This document shows, piece after piece, positions 1 through 9,106 of a DNA stretch of 64,000 bases. The notes below the pieces were generated by a model that was given only the letters and a program-made list of their open reading frames with translations, did no database searches and was not told where the DNA came from. A program made the position numbers and the translations under genes. This DNA comes from Candidatus Collierbacteria bacterium UBA2277 (lineage in GTDB: Bacteria; Patescibacteriota; Microgenomatia; UBA1400; MFAQ01): contig DDWV01000001.1 of assembly GCA_002347045.1 (NCBI GenBank), forward strand, positions 33,553 to 97,552, in the 5' to 3' direction. The first letter of the stretch is position 1, and each line of letters starts with the position of its first letter.

Positions 1-4
1 ATCT

Positions 5-3000
5 TTGGTTGGTAAGGAGCTTTTGAAGTTGTCGCTTGAAATTGAAAATGAGAATAGTGGTTCTGTGTTGGCTGCAACTTCAGACACCCCCATTGAAGCT
101 ACGTCAAACACGATAATTGGACAAGCGGTGGGTTCGTCTTTTTTCCAAGTTAGAAAAAATATTGAGGACGGCTCTATTGAGGTGTTGTCTGCTGGTTTAC
201 CAGTTGTAAGTTTGGTGCCTGGACCATCTGGTCCACAAGGAATACAAGGACCTCCTGGTCCGGCAGGTGGACCAAAAGGAGATAAAGGAGATAAAGGAGA
301 TAAAGGTGACACTGGTGATACAGGTCCAGCCGGAGCGACTGGGGCGACGGGGCCAGCTGGGAGCAGTGTGGCTGGTGTTGATACACTAAATCTATTATCC
401 GGGGCGCTAAGTGTTGCTGGAGAAGGAATTAACACCATTACTACTAATGGAATTGATACCATTACAGTTACAGGAACTCTGCCAAGTCTTGATCCGACTT
501 ACTTTACAACAGCCAATATTTCTCAGTGGACAAATAATTCGGGATACATTACTTCCTCCGGTACGTCAACGAACTTTTCCGGTTCGCTAACTGGTGACGT
601 TTCGGGCACACAAACAACCACTTCGGTAGAAAAAATTAGAGGGGTGACTTTAGGCTTAACAACAGCAACATCGGGTAACTTGTTGATTGCCAATGGACTT
701 ACTTGGGCTACTCAAGCAATGACTGGCGAAGCATCCATCAACGGATCGGGTGCTTTTGCAATTAATTACGCTGCAGCACAGTCAGCCGATGCGACACATA
801 AAGGATTCCTGACTGCCGCTGATTGGATTTTGTTTAATGGCAAGCAAAACGCTTTAGGGTTTACACCAGAAAATGTGGCGAATAAATCAACCAGTACTGC
901 TTTGGGTACATCGGACACTTTATATCCATCGCAAAATGCAGTAAAAACCTATATCGACAACAACGCCCTTGGTCTAAATTGGAAAACGAGCCTTGACGCA
1001 GTAAACGTGATTGCCGAGACGGCAAGCCCTAGTCTTTCTACAGTTGAAGGAGATGCATATATTATTAATACTGGGGGGAATACCGGTATTTGGTCGACCT
1101 TTTTACCCGGTGACTTGGTGCAGTATCAGAATGGTGGTTGGATAAAGCTGGAATCTTTGACTGTGGGTGATCGAGTTGGTGTGTCCTTCACTTCATCTAC
1201 TTCGGCTACGGGAACCTTTACAGGTTATGACGATAATGTAATTGAAATTTCAGGCGGTGTCCCCGGTGCTTTTACATATAATTTCATTTCTCCTGCCAAT
1301 GGCGATGCTAGGTATGTTGATGATCCACAATCTATATATTATGGAATCTCCTTTACTTATTCCGGATCACTATCTGCATGGGTTCAACTATCGTCAAGTG
1401 TTAATGCTTCTTACGGAAGTGGTTTGCAAAGTGTTTCAAATGTTATTTCTCTAGGGAATTTGACAGAGGATTGGAATCAGACCGGAGTATTTAATATAAA
1501 TACAGCCGGAAACATCTCGACAACCGGAACGGGAACAATAACTTCAGCAGGACTTTTGACGGCATCCAATGGACTAATGGTGACAGGTCTGGCGATAAAT
1601 TCCGCAGTCTATACAGATGGCACCAGCAGTCTTACTACTACTGCTCCTACAGCTGGAGTCCTCGGATACTGGAGTAGAACCGGAACAGTATTATCACCGG
1701 CTACTGCAGGTGATGGAATGACTACGGCCGGAACAACAAACATTGGATCCGGAACAGGAGTTGTAACAATAAACTCCTCGGGATCATTGAACTTAACCGC
1801 AGCTTCAGCATCGACTTTTTCTTTGGCAAATGTAGCAAATGCTCTAAATTTTGATACTGATACTTTAACAATTGACGCTTTGAATAATCGGGTGGGTGTT
1901 GGTACAGGAGCGCCTTTGTCGAGCTTACAAATTAACGGTTCTTTGGGAACAAAAGTTACCACTGTGACTAGTAATTTAACGTTGACGGATCAACACTCAA
2001 CAATTGAGGGTAATCCAGCCGTTTCACTTGTGATTAGGCCGCCGCAGGCATCGACAGCGACAGGAAGGATATACCAAATTAAAAATATTAGTGCCACAGG
2101 TAGTATTACAGTAGATCCATACGTAGCTGAGTTGATTGATGGGCAGTCTACTTATACTTTTAGTGGTCAGTTTAACTCAATTATCATTCAGAGTAATGGA
2201 ACTGGCTGGAATATTTTGTCTGATAAATTATTTGAGGCCAATCAAAATTTAAGAACCACAGATTCGGTTTCATTTGCCGGTATTACCGGTACAGGACTGG
2301 CAATCAACTCCGCAGTCTACACAAATGGTTTTAGTGACTTAACCACAACAGCACCTACTTCAGGAGTACTGGGATACTGGAATAGAACGGGAAACACTCT
2401 TTCTCCTAGTACTTTAGGGGACGCAGTTACGACTTCAGGAAATATATTTTCAACCGGAACAGGAACCATTACTTCTGCCGGACTTCTAACTGCCAGTAAT
2501 GGTCTCACCCAAACAACAGGTGCTACTAATATCACCGGAACATCTGGCGCCTTAACATTGTCTGGACTGGGTGCTTCATCTATATCTACAACTGCAAACG
2601 GATTAACGCTATCTACTGTGACTTCTGGAACTCTAGCACTTACTTCTGCAGGAGCACTAAACATGTCTGCAGGAGCTGCTTCGACGTTTACTTTGGCGAA
2701 TGTAGCTAATGCTTTGAATTTTGATGCCAATACTTTATCAATTGATGCATTGAATAACAGAGTAGGAATAGGGACGACGACTCCTTCGTATACATTATCA
2801 GTATTGGATACTGTTAATTCCGGGGGGGTGACTTCTATATCAAATTTATCTACTACAAATAACGCCGCAGCCTACACAGTGTTGCGATTAAATATGGGAA
2901 CACCAACAGGGACAAATGTTTCTAGGTTTATTAAGTTTTTCGCCGGTTCAACAACGGATGACAATGGAATTGGAGTTGGTAACATAAGACTTAATAATGC

Positions 3001-6000
3001 CGGGGTAACCTATGCATCGGGGAATGCTGATCTGGCTGAGTGGACTGAGGTCTCCGGAGGCCCGGTGGCCGGAGATATTATTGCAGCAAAGGCGTCAGGT
3101 AATACAAAAGCAGTGACTGGGGACTTGATTTTGGGAGTGGTGACCGACACCGCGGCATTTATTGGAAATGAGACGGGAGACCTTACAGGAAAAGAAATCG
3201 TTGGAATGCTTGGCAGGGTTAGTACAAAAGTATCCAATGAAAATGGAGATATCGCTATAGGGGACCCGATTGCTCCAAGCTCTGTAGCCGGAGTGGGTAT
3301 GAAACAGACGAAAGCTGGGCCAACGATCGGAAAAGCGTTGGCGGCAAAAACAGGCGCTACTGTGGAGAGAGTTGAAGTTCAGGTGGTACCGGGATGGTAT
3401 GATCCTGATCCACTGTTGTCGCCGGCTGCCTTTACTGTGAGCGGGACAGATATTTTACAAAGTGGTGAGGTTGTGACTCGAGCAGGCGGATTCCAAGATT
3501 TAAAGATTAAAGACATTACCGTGGCCAACTCGCTAACGTTACCAAACGGTTCAATCTTAAATGCAAATTTGGCTAATTCGAGTTTAACAGTAACAGCAGG
3601 AACAGGATTGTCAGGAGGTGGTTTGGTGTCTCTTGGAGGAACAACTTCATTATCTTTACCTGGTGTGGGAATTGCAGGAACTTATGGAAGTGCATTATCA
3701 ATTCCAGTTTTAACTACTGATGTACAAGGAAGAGTGACTGGAGTTACGGCGACGACTATTTCAGGAATAACAAATTCTCATTTATCTGGGACTGCCGGAA
3801 TTACCGATGCAAACTTGGCAACGATTACAACGGCCAGTAAAGTATCCGGGTCGGCAGTTCAGTTGAATGCAAATGGAGGAATTACAAACAATACCGGATT
3901 ATCACTTTTAACTTCTTGTGCAAGTGGTGAGGTTTTGAAATGGAATGGATCTGCTTGGGCATGTGCCATTGACAACTCAGGGGGGTCACCATCCTTTGAT
4001 TTAATTGCTTCAGGAACTAATACGACTGCCACAATGACTGTAGGTACAGGAGGAACGCTCACTTTCTCAGGAAGTGGTGTAGTGAATGCCTCCACCCTTG
4101 GAGGTGCCACTTTTGCAGCTCCCGGCAGTATCGGCTCAACAACACCAGGCACCGGGGCGTTTACGACACTCTCTGCCAGCTCAACTCTGACTGCATCAAA
4201 TGGATTGACGATGACGACGGGTGCTTTGAGTCTGACTTCTACGTCAGGAGCGATCTCGTCCACCGGATTAACTGGACTGACACAAACATTATCGTCCGGA
4301 ACTGCGGCTATTACCGCGCCAACACTTAACTTAAATGCGTCTTCTACAGGAAATACTGTCATTGGAAACGGAACAGGAACGTTTGCTTTGGCATCAAGTG
4401 GAGGATTGAACGTAACAACCGGTGGTGCACTGACAGGAGTGGCTTCGATCGACACCATAGGGGTAACGGCAACCGGACTTACATTCGCGGGAGCAGGAAC
4501 AATCGTAACAAGCACAACATCAGCGTTGACTTTGGATTCGGGAACGACCGGAGCTGTAAATATTGGAACAGGGGCGAATGCTAAGACAGTGACTCTGGGA
4601 ACAACAAATACTACTTCAACTACAAATATCCAGTCCGGAACAGGAAATATAAACTTTACGGTTGGACCTACTTCTTCTTCCGGAAAGGTACAAATAGGGA
4701 ATAGTGGAACAGCGACACCTGATTTATTGGTGCTGGACAATGGTACTGCCGATCCTACCGGCGTAAACGGGGCGACATATTACAACACGTCGACAAATAA
4801 ATTTAGATGCTTTGAAAATAGCACCTGGAAAGATTGCGATACGACGGGTTCGGGGGGACCGGCAAAGAGTGCAGCAATTGTCGACAGTACCAGTGATACA
4901 TTGACAGGAACTGAGGCTGAGCTGCTGGATGGAACAGCCCCGGCAATCACCCCGTCGTCTACAAGTAATAGAATTTTAATTAATGGTTCGATAAGAGTAA
5001 GGACTACGGTTCGAACTCAACAGACGAATACTTTTAGAATAAGGAGAGGATCGGGTAGTTGCGCTGGTACTCAAGTTGATGGAGATTTGATACTTATAAC
5101 TAAGGAAAGCCATGCAGCGGGCGTCCCCTTTGATAGTTATGTGAGCTTTAGTTTGATTGATGCGCCATCTACCACCTCTTCACAAGCATATACCGTCTGT
5201 GGTTTGTTCTCAGGCGGAACTGCAAATACCACACCATATATCTCAATGACAATAATTGAAGTGGCGGCGACAGGCGCCGACTTGGCTGAGATTTACTCGA
5301 GTAATGATGAAACATTGGCTCCGGGAGATGTGGTGAGTCTTGATTCTTCATTGGAAGCCGGAGTAAAAAAGAGCAGTGTGGCCTACGACAAACAAGTTCT
5401 CGGAATTGTATCTACTAATCCTGGAATGACGATTGGTAGTATCGGTGAAGGGGACACTAAAGCTGTGCCGGTAGCTCTTTCTGGTAGGGTGCCGGTGAGA
5501 GTATCGACAGAAAATGGAGCGATTATGGCAGGTGATTACCTGACTACTTCATCAACTCCGGGTGTCGCCATGAAAGCAACTAAAGCGGGATCAATTATCG
5601 GAACAGCAATGTCAGCATTTGATGGTGACTATGTCGGACAAGTACTGGTATTTGTCAAGAGTGGCAATAGCACTGGTGTAAGTTTGGTGGAGGTTATGAA
5701 GGGACTCGATTTGACAAGTGTTTCGTATAACTCCGATGTGCTATATAACTTGATATTAAATAAAGAGCAGGTAGCGACAGGCTCAACCAATACTTCAGAA
5801 ATAATGACGGATAGGGTAGTGGCCGGGTTGGAAATTATTACTCCGAGAGTCACGACTCAAGACTTACTGGTAAGTGAGAACGCGACCTTCTCGGGAATCC
5901 TGTATGCAGATACGATTAAGGCCAGAAGAATTGAGGGAGTAGATATTCTGACCAAGAAACTGAGTCTACTTACTGATCAGGTGGCCGGGGTCGCCACGGC

Positions 6001-6550
6001 TGCGGGTGAGATACAAAGTAGCACTGCGAGTGAGATTGATATATTTGCGATAATTGCCAATAAGATTGCCGAGATATTCAGAAACACGGTGGAGTTTATC
6101 GGAAAAGTTATCTTCCGAAACGAGGTGGAGTTTGCTGGGAGACCGATTTTTAACAAAGATACTGCCGGGTTTGCCACAATAATGGCAGGTGGAAACGAGG
6201 TGGAGATTCTCTTTGATAAAGAATACAAAGACGAACCTATCGTTACCGCCACGGCACAGATTGCTGGAGGTGTGTCGATTGCCGATATTCCCGGATACGC
6301 GATTGCCGATGTTAATACCAAAGGCTTTAAGATTCGTATGAGTAGAAAGATTGGCATGGACCTGCGGTTTGCCTGGGTGGCGTTGGCTGTCTCGGAGACG
6401 ACGAAGTTTGAGGGAAGTGGGGAAGAAATTGTATCTCCTGTTACCTCTGTAACGCTAGAAACTTTTCCTGATACTTCTTTGACTCCAACCCCGACACCTT
6501 TAGTGGAGGTGACACCTTCAGAAACGGCTAGCGAAAGTGGAAATTTGTAA
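5..6550 (+). CDS. Giant secreted/surface protein, 5'-truncated by window edge (>2181 aa); collagen-like Gly-X-Y tract, Thr/Ser/Gly-rich tail-fibre-like repeats, large internal duplications
   Basis: Single uninterrupted ORF from window start. ~16 Gly-X-Y triplets at nt ~218-360 (GPSGPQGIQGPPGPAGGPKGDKGDKGDKGDTGDTGPAGATGATGPAG). Two ~110-aa near-identical modules (GLAINSAVYT...LANVANALNFD..IDALNNRVG) at nt ~1580-1910 and ~2300-2780. Two further paralogous ~90-aa modules near nt ~3120-3390 and ~5390-5660. Confidence 0.8.
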   Translation: MVGKELLKLSLEIENENSGSVLAATSDTPIEATSNTIIGQAVGSSFFQVRKNIEDGSIEVLSAGLPVVSLVPGPSGPQGIQGPPGPAGGPKGDKGDKGDKGDTGDTGPAGATGATGPAGSSVAGVDTLNLLSGALSVAGEGINTITTNGIDTITVTGTLPSLDPTYFTTANISQWTNNSGYITSSGTSTNFSGSLTGDVSGTQTTTSVEKIRGVTLGLTTATSGNLLIANGLTWATQAMTGEASINGSGAFAINYAAAQSADATHKGFLTAADWILFNGKQNALGFTPENVANKSTSTALGTSDTLYPSQNAVKTYIDNNALGLNWKTSLDAVNVIAETASPSLSTVEGDAYIINTGGNTGIWSTFLPGDLVQYQNGGWIKLESLTVGDRVGVSFTSSTSATGTFTGYDDNVIEISGGVPGAFTYNFISPANGDARYVDDPQSIYYGISFTYSGSLSAWVQLSSSVNASYGSGLQSVSNVISLGNLTEDWNQTGVFNINTAGNISTTGTGTITSAGLLTASNGLMVTGLAINSAVYTDGTSSLTTTAPTAGVLGYWSRTGTVLSPATAGDGMTTAGTTNIGSGTGVVTINSSGSLNLTAASASTFSLANVANALNFDTDTLTIDALNNRVGVGTGAPLSSLQINGSLGTKVTTVTSNLTLTDQHSTIEGNPAVSLVIRPPQASTATGRIYQIKNISATGSITVDPYVAELIDGQSTYTFSGQFNSIIIQSNGTGWNILSDKLFEANQNLRTTDSVSFAGITGTGLAINSAVYTNGFSDLTTTAPTSGVLGYWNRTGNTLSPSTLGDAVTTSGNIFSTGTGTITSAGLLTASNGLTQTTGATNITGTSGALTLSGLGASSISTTANGLTLSTVTSGTLALTSAGALNMSAGAASTFTLANVANALNFDANTLSIDALNNRVGIGTTTPSYTLSVLDTVNSGGVTSISNLSTTNNAAAYTVLRLNMGTPTGTNVSRFIKFFAGSTTDDNGIGVGNIRLNNAGVTYASGNADLAEWTEVSGGPVAGDIIAAKASGNTKAVTGDLILGVVTDTAAFIGNETGDLTGKEIVGMLGRVSTKVSNENGDIAIGDPIAPSSVAGVGMKQTKAGPTIGKALAAKTGATVERVEVQVVPGWYDPDPLLSPAAFTVSGTDILQSGEVVTRAGGFQDLKIKDITVANSLTLPNGSILNANLANSSLTVTAGTGLSGGGLVSLGGTTSLSLPGVGIAGTYGSALSIPVLTTDVQGRVTGVTATTISGITNSHLSGTAGITDANLATITTASKVSGSAVQLNANGGITNNTGLSLLTSCASGEVLKWNGSAWACAIDNSGGSPSFDLIASGTNTTATMTVGTGGTLTFSGSGVVNASTLGGATFAAPGSIGSTTPGTGAFTTLSASSTLTASNGLTMTTGALSLTSTSGAISSTGLTGLTQTLSSGTAAITAPTLNLNASSTGNTVIGNGTGTFALASSGGLNVTTGGALTGVASIDTIGVTATGLTFAGAGTIVTSTTSALTLDSGTTGAVNIGTGANAKTVTLGTTNTTSTTNIQSGTGNINFTVGPTSSSGKVQIGNSGTATPDLLVLDNGTADPTGVNGATYYNTSTNKFRCFENSTWKDCDTTGSGGPAKSAAIVDSTSDTLTGTEAELLDGTAPAITPSSTSNRILINGSIRVRTTVRTQQTNTFRIRRGSGSCAGTQVDGDLILITKESHAAGVPFDSYVSFSLIDAPSTTSSQAYTVCGLFSGGTANTTPYISMTIIEVAATGADLAEIYSSNDETLAPGDVVSLDSSLEAGVKKSSVAYDKQVLGIVSTNPGMTIGSIGEGDTKAVPVALSGRVPVRVSTENGAIMAGDYLTTSSTPGVAMKATKAGSIIGTAMSAFDGDYVGQVLVFVKSGNSTGVSLVEVMKGLDLTSVSYNSDVLYNLILNKEQVATGSTNTSEIMTDRVVAGLEIITPRVTTQDLLVSENATFSGILYADTIKARRIEGVDILTKKLSLLTDQVAGVATAAGEIQSSTASEIDIFAIIANKIAEIFRNTVEFIGKVIFRNEVEFAGRPIFNKDTAGFATIMAGGNEVEILFDKEYKDEPIVTATAQIAGGVSIADIPGYAIADVNTKGFKIRMSRKIGMDLRFAWVALAVSETTKFEGSGEEIVSPVTSVTLETFPDTSLTPTPTPLVEVTPSETASESGNL

Positions 6551-6594
6551 AATACTTGTAAAATTGTTATTTATTTGTTAAATTAGTTACAAAT

Positions 6595-7287
6595 ATGGAT
6601 AAAAGAAAAGTTATTTTGGCTGTGTTAATAGTAATAGTGTTCGGAGGTGTGGGTAGTTTGATAAAACTGACTAGAGATAACAAACAACTTAGATCTGAGA
6701 TACAGGGTTTGAAGGAAGATCCATACAAAATTGCAAAAGAGGAGACGGCAAATATTGTGGCTTTGGTCGGTAAGCTGGTGATTTTGCCTGAAGGAGAAGA
6801 GCCTGTCTTGGCAACCGTAACAGACAAAGAAAAGCTTAAAGATCAGCCAGTATTTGCCAAAGCGGAAAACGGAGACAAGATACTGATTTATTCGATTGCC
6901 CAAAAAGCGTATATTTATAATCCTACAAAAAATGTAATTGTGGATGTGGTTTCGGTAAACATTGGAGAAGAGAATATTGTCATTACGGGTGTCGATAAAA
7001 ATAACCCCTTAAAGATTGCACTGATAAATGGTAGTAAGACTGTTGGATTGACAAATATTTTTGAAGATAATCTTAATGAAAAGAAAATAATGGGCTTGTC
7101 AGTGGTGTTAAAAGCAAATGCAAAAAAAGATGATTATACAAAGACTCAAGTGTTTGACTTGTCTGGGAAATGGAGTGTACAAGCAAAAGAGATTGCTCAG
7201 ATGGTTGGGGGAGAAGTAATAACAGAGACAGAAGAAGATAAGCCAAATGCTGATTTATTGATAATTGTAGGAGAAAATTTTATGTAA
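6595..7287 (+). CDS. Hypothetical membrane-anchored/secreted protein (N-terminal TM helix)
   Basis: 230-aa ORF with N-terminal hydrophobic segment VILAVLIVIVFGGVGSLI. Its stop codon TAA lies inside the start of repeat copy A. Confidence 0.5.
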   Translation: MDKRKVILAVLIVIVFGGVGSLIKLTRDNKQLRSEIQGLKEDPYKIAKEETANIVALVGKLVILPEGEEPVLATVTDKEKLKDQPVFAKAENGDKILIYSIAQKAYIYNPTKNVIVDVVSVNIGEENIVITGVDKNNPLKIALINGSKTVGLTNIFEDNLNEKKIMGLSVVLKANAKKDDYTKTQVFDLSGKWSVQAKEIAQMVGGEVITETEEDKPNADLLIIVGENFM

Positions 7288-7390
7288 GAGCTTGCTCGTA
7301 TTTTTAGCTTAACTTCGTTATGTGTCTAAAAAATACTTGCGCTTCCTCTTATACTGAAACCCCATAATTACTTTGTCATTATGTGGATTG
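7284..7390 (+). repeat. Dispersed structured intergenic repeat, copy A (type 1)
   Basis: Motifs GTAAGAGCTTGCTCG, long hairpin GTATTTTTAG..CTAAAAAATAC enclosing TAAC-TTCG-GTTA, then CTTGCGCTTCCTCTTATACTGAAACCCCATAATTACTTTGTCATTATGTGG. Near-identical to copy C. Confidence 0.75.
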
Positions 7391-7427
7391 GTATAAATTG
7401 AGGCTATTGATGGTAAAATACTATGGT

Positions 7428-7501
7428 GCCACCTTAGCTCAGTTGGTTAGAGCACCTGTTTTGTAAACAGGATGTCCTGAGTTCGAATCTCAGAGGTGGC
7501 T
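7428..7501 (+). tRNA. tRNA-Thr (anticodon TGT)
   Basis: Hand-folded cloverleaf: acceptor GCCACCT/AGGTGGC, D-arm GCTC..GAGC, anticodon stem CCTGT/ACAGG with loop TTTGTAA, T-arm CTGAG-TTCGAAT-CTCAG. CCA not encoded. Confidence 0.85.
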
Positions 7502-7543
7502 CAGTAGTCTGATGTTTTTAGGAAGGATGGTAGGTTCTGTTTT

Positions 7544-7652
7544 GTAAGAGCTTGCTCGTCCTTCTTTCAATAATGGGCTATTATTGAAATGGCCTCCTGC
7601 GCTTCCTCTTATATCATGCGCCGATAATCACTTCGTCATTATCGTCTGGATA
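7544..7652 (+). repeat. Dispersed structured intergenic repeat, copy B (type 2)
   Basis: GTAAGAGCTTGCTCG; perfect 10-bp hairpin TTTCAATAAT-GGGCT-ATTATTGAAA; CTGCGCTTCCTCTTATA; hairpin CGATAATCACTTCGTCATTATCG. Similar to copies D and E. Confidence 0.75.
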
Positions 7653-7691
7653 TAAACAGGATGTCCTGAGTTCGAATCTCAGAGGTGGCTC
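7653..7691 (+). repeat. 39-nt exact duplicate of the 3' half of tRNA-Thr(TGT) (direct repeat of 7464-7502), att-like
   Basis: TAAACAGGATGTCCTGAGTTCGAATCTCAGAGGTGGCTC is identical at 7464-7502 and 7653-7691, bracketing repeat copy B. Confidence 0.85.
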
Positions 7692-7696
7692 TAAAT

Positions 7697-8242
7697 ATGA
7701 ATTTTTCAAAAGTATTGCCCGGCGACAGAATTATATACTCCGAAAAAACTGGAATTAGGCGAATTAGGGTGAATGATGTGGAGGAAATGAGACGCATGAG
7801 AATCATAGAAGATGATCCGGAGGTGTGTAAGTTTGTAGAGGATCTTCAGGCTACGGAGGAGGGACTTCGAAATTTTGCGAAGGGGAGTAGTGAGTCTGTA
7901 GTATTGGGAGTAATACAGGGAGGTGAGGTTCAGGGATGGATTTGCTTGTATCCGGATGAGTCGGAAAGACTGACTAGACTAGGATTGGCAGAAGATGCTG
8001 TAGAGATATGTTATGCCAAGTACCCTGGTGCCCCGAGAGGGCTCATGAGTAGTGGACTGAGACAAGTAATTGAGATGATAGTTGGCGAGACCTTCACTGC
8101 CTACACTGATCCAGATAATTTAAATTCTTCCAGACTACTTGAAGCGGTAGGATTTAAAAATGCCGGGAAGATTAAATATCACCCAGGCGCCAAGACACTG
8201 GACAACTTTTGGATTTTGAATAATAGCCCACTGATTTGCTGA
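7697..8242 (+). CDS. GNAT-family N-acetyltransferase-like protein (tentative)
   Basis: ORF 7685..8242 begins at GTG; first ATG is at 7697. The C-terminal region (AYTDPDNLNSSRLLEAVGF) resembles the GNAT acetyl-CoA-binding core. Weak assignment. Confidence 0.45.
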   Translation: MNFSKVLPGDRIIYSEKTGIRRIRVNDVEEMRRMRIIEDDPEVCKFVEDLQATEEGLRNFAKGSSESVVLGVIQGGEVQGWICLYPDESERLTRLGLAEDAVEICYAKYPGAPRGLMSSGLRQVIEMIVGETFTAYTDPDNLNSSRLLEAVGFKNAGKIKYHPGAKTLDNFWILNNSPLIC

Positions 8243-8352
8243 AAAACTGGCTATTTGAGTCTACTATTTGTCAAGTTGCAGTCAGTATAGGAATGTCTTT
8301 TACTTTCTGGGCTTGGGGAAGATGAAGTTTTGAGGTAAAATAGACGATGATT

Positions 8353-8428
8353 GCCGTCATAGCTCATCTGGCAGAGCGCGTTCTTGGTAAGAACGAGGTG
8401 TTGGGTTCGACCCCCAATGACGGCTCCA
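8353..8428 (+). tRNA. tRNA-Thr (anticodon GGT), CCA encoded
   Basis: Acceptor GCCGTCA/TGACGGC, anticodon stem CGTTC/GAACG with loop TTGGTAA, T-arm TTGGG-TTCGACC-CCCAA, discriminator T followed by CCA. Confidence 0.85.
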
Positions 8429-8453
8429 TATATCGGATATAATAAGCGTATAA

Positions 8454-8536
8454 GCCAAGGTGGTAGAGTGGTCAAATACTCGGGTCTGTAAAACCCGCGG
8501 CGCAAGCCTACACAAGTTCGAATCTTGTCCTTGGCA
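8454..8536 (+). tRNA. tRNA-Tyr (anticodon GTA), long variable arm
   Basis: Acceptor GCCAAGG/CCTTGGC, anticodon stem CGGGT/ACCCG with loop CTGTAAA, variable arm CGGCGCAAGCC, T-arm ACAAG-TTCGAAT-CTTGT. Confidence 0.85.
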
Positions 8537-8608
8537 CTCACAATTTTAGGACAATCTTCTCACAAGTTCTCCCCGGAGTACCGAGGATTTCTACCTTACA
8601 GGTAGTCA

Positions 8609-8631
8609 GAATCTTGTCCTTGGCACTCACA
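8609..8631 (+). repeat. 23-nt exact duplicate of tRNA-Tyr 3' end (copy of 8520-8542)
   Basis: GAATCTTGTCCTTGGCACTCACA is identical to the tRNA-Tyr 3' terminus plus 6 nt of trailer. Confidence 0.85.
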
Positions 8632-8653
8632 TTTAATCTCGGAGTGTGTTTTT

Positions 8654-8760
8654 GTAACAGCTTGCTCGATTTTTCATCATAACTTTGGTTATGTAAATGA
8701 AAAATCTTGCGCTTCCTGTTATTCTGAAACCCCATAATTACTTTGTCATTATGTGGTTGG
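8654..8760 (+). repeat. Dispersed structured intergenic repeat, copy C (type 1)
   Basis: GTAACAGCTTGCTCG; compound hairpin GATTTTTCAT-CATAAC-TTTG-GTTATG-TAA-ATGAAAAATC; CTTGCGCTTCCTGTTATTCTGAAACCCCATAATTACTTTGTCATTATGTGG. Confidence 0.75.
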
Positions 8761-8765
8761 AATCA

Positions 8766-8783
8766 GAATCTTGTCCTTGGCAC
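8766..8783 (+). repeat. 18-nt duplicate of tRNA-Tyr 3' end (third copy)
   Basis: GAATCTTGTCCTTGGCAC; with preceding TCA it forms a 21-nt direct repeat with 8606-8626, bracketing copy C. Confidence 0.8.
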
Positions 8784-8806
8784 CAATAGTTTGATAGACT
8801 GGAAGT

Positions 8807-9100
8807 ATGAAAAAGAAAACAAATGTTGCTTTGTTTCTGGTGGTCTTGGGTTTTGGAGTTCTATTGGGAGGGTGTGCTGGGATTCCTACGGTTAAACAGC
8901 CAGATGTTGTGGCAGAGTCCCCTGTAGTGTCCATAAAGGGAATGGTGAGTGTGTCAGGAGATAAGATATTTATCTTGAAAGATTATATTTCTACCGAGAT
9001 AACGAGTAGAAAAGTTGACTTAAAACAGTATGATGGTCAGAGCGTTGAAGTAACAGGCGAGTTTTCTGGAACTACACTGTATGTTGACGAAGTCAATTAG
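8807..9100 (+). CDS. Small putative lipoprotein/secreted protein
   Basis: 97-aa ORF; signal peptide with lipobox-like LLGGCAG. Confidence 0.45.
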   Translation: MKKKTNVALFLVVLGFGVLLGGCAGIPTVKQPDVVAESPVVSIKGMVSVSGDKIFILKDYISTEITSRKVDLKQYDGQSVEVTGEFSGTTLYVDEVN

Positions 9101-9106
9101 TGATCT

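Noticed and set aside
1580-2780. Possible diversity-generating retroelement target in the giant gene (repeat pair resembling TR/VR)
   Set aside because: The two internal repeats differ at all base types, not specifically at adenines. No reverse transcriptase is present in the window.
8251-8934. ORFs of 60-96 aa on the minus strand across the tRNA-Thr/Tyr cluster, and similar short antisense ORFs inside the giant gene (e.g. 1609..1962, 2317..2730, 3859..4740)
   Set aside because: They are antisense to tRNAs or to a long, clearly coding frame. Their composition mirrors the sense strand. They are treated as spurious.
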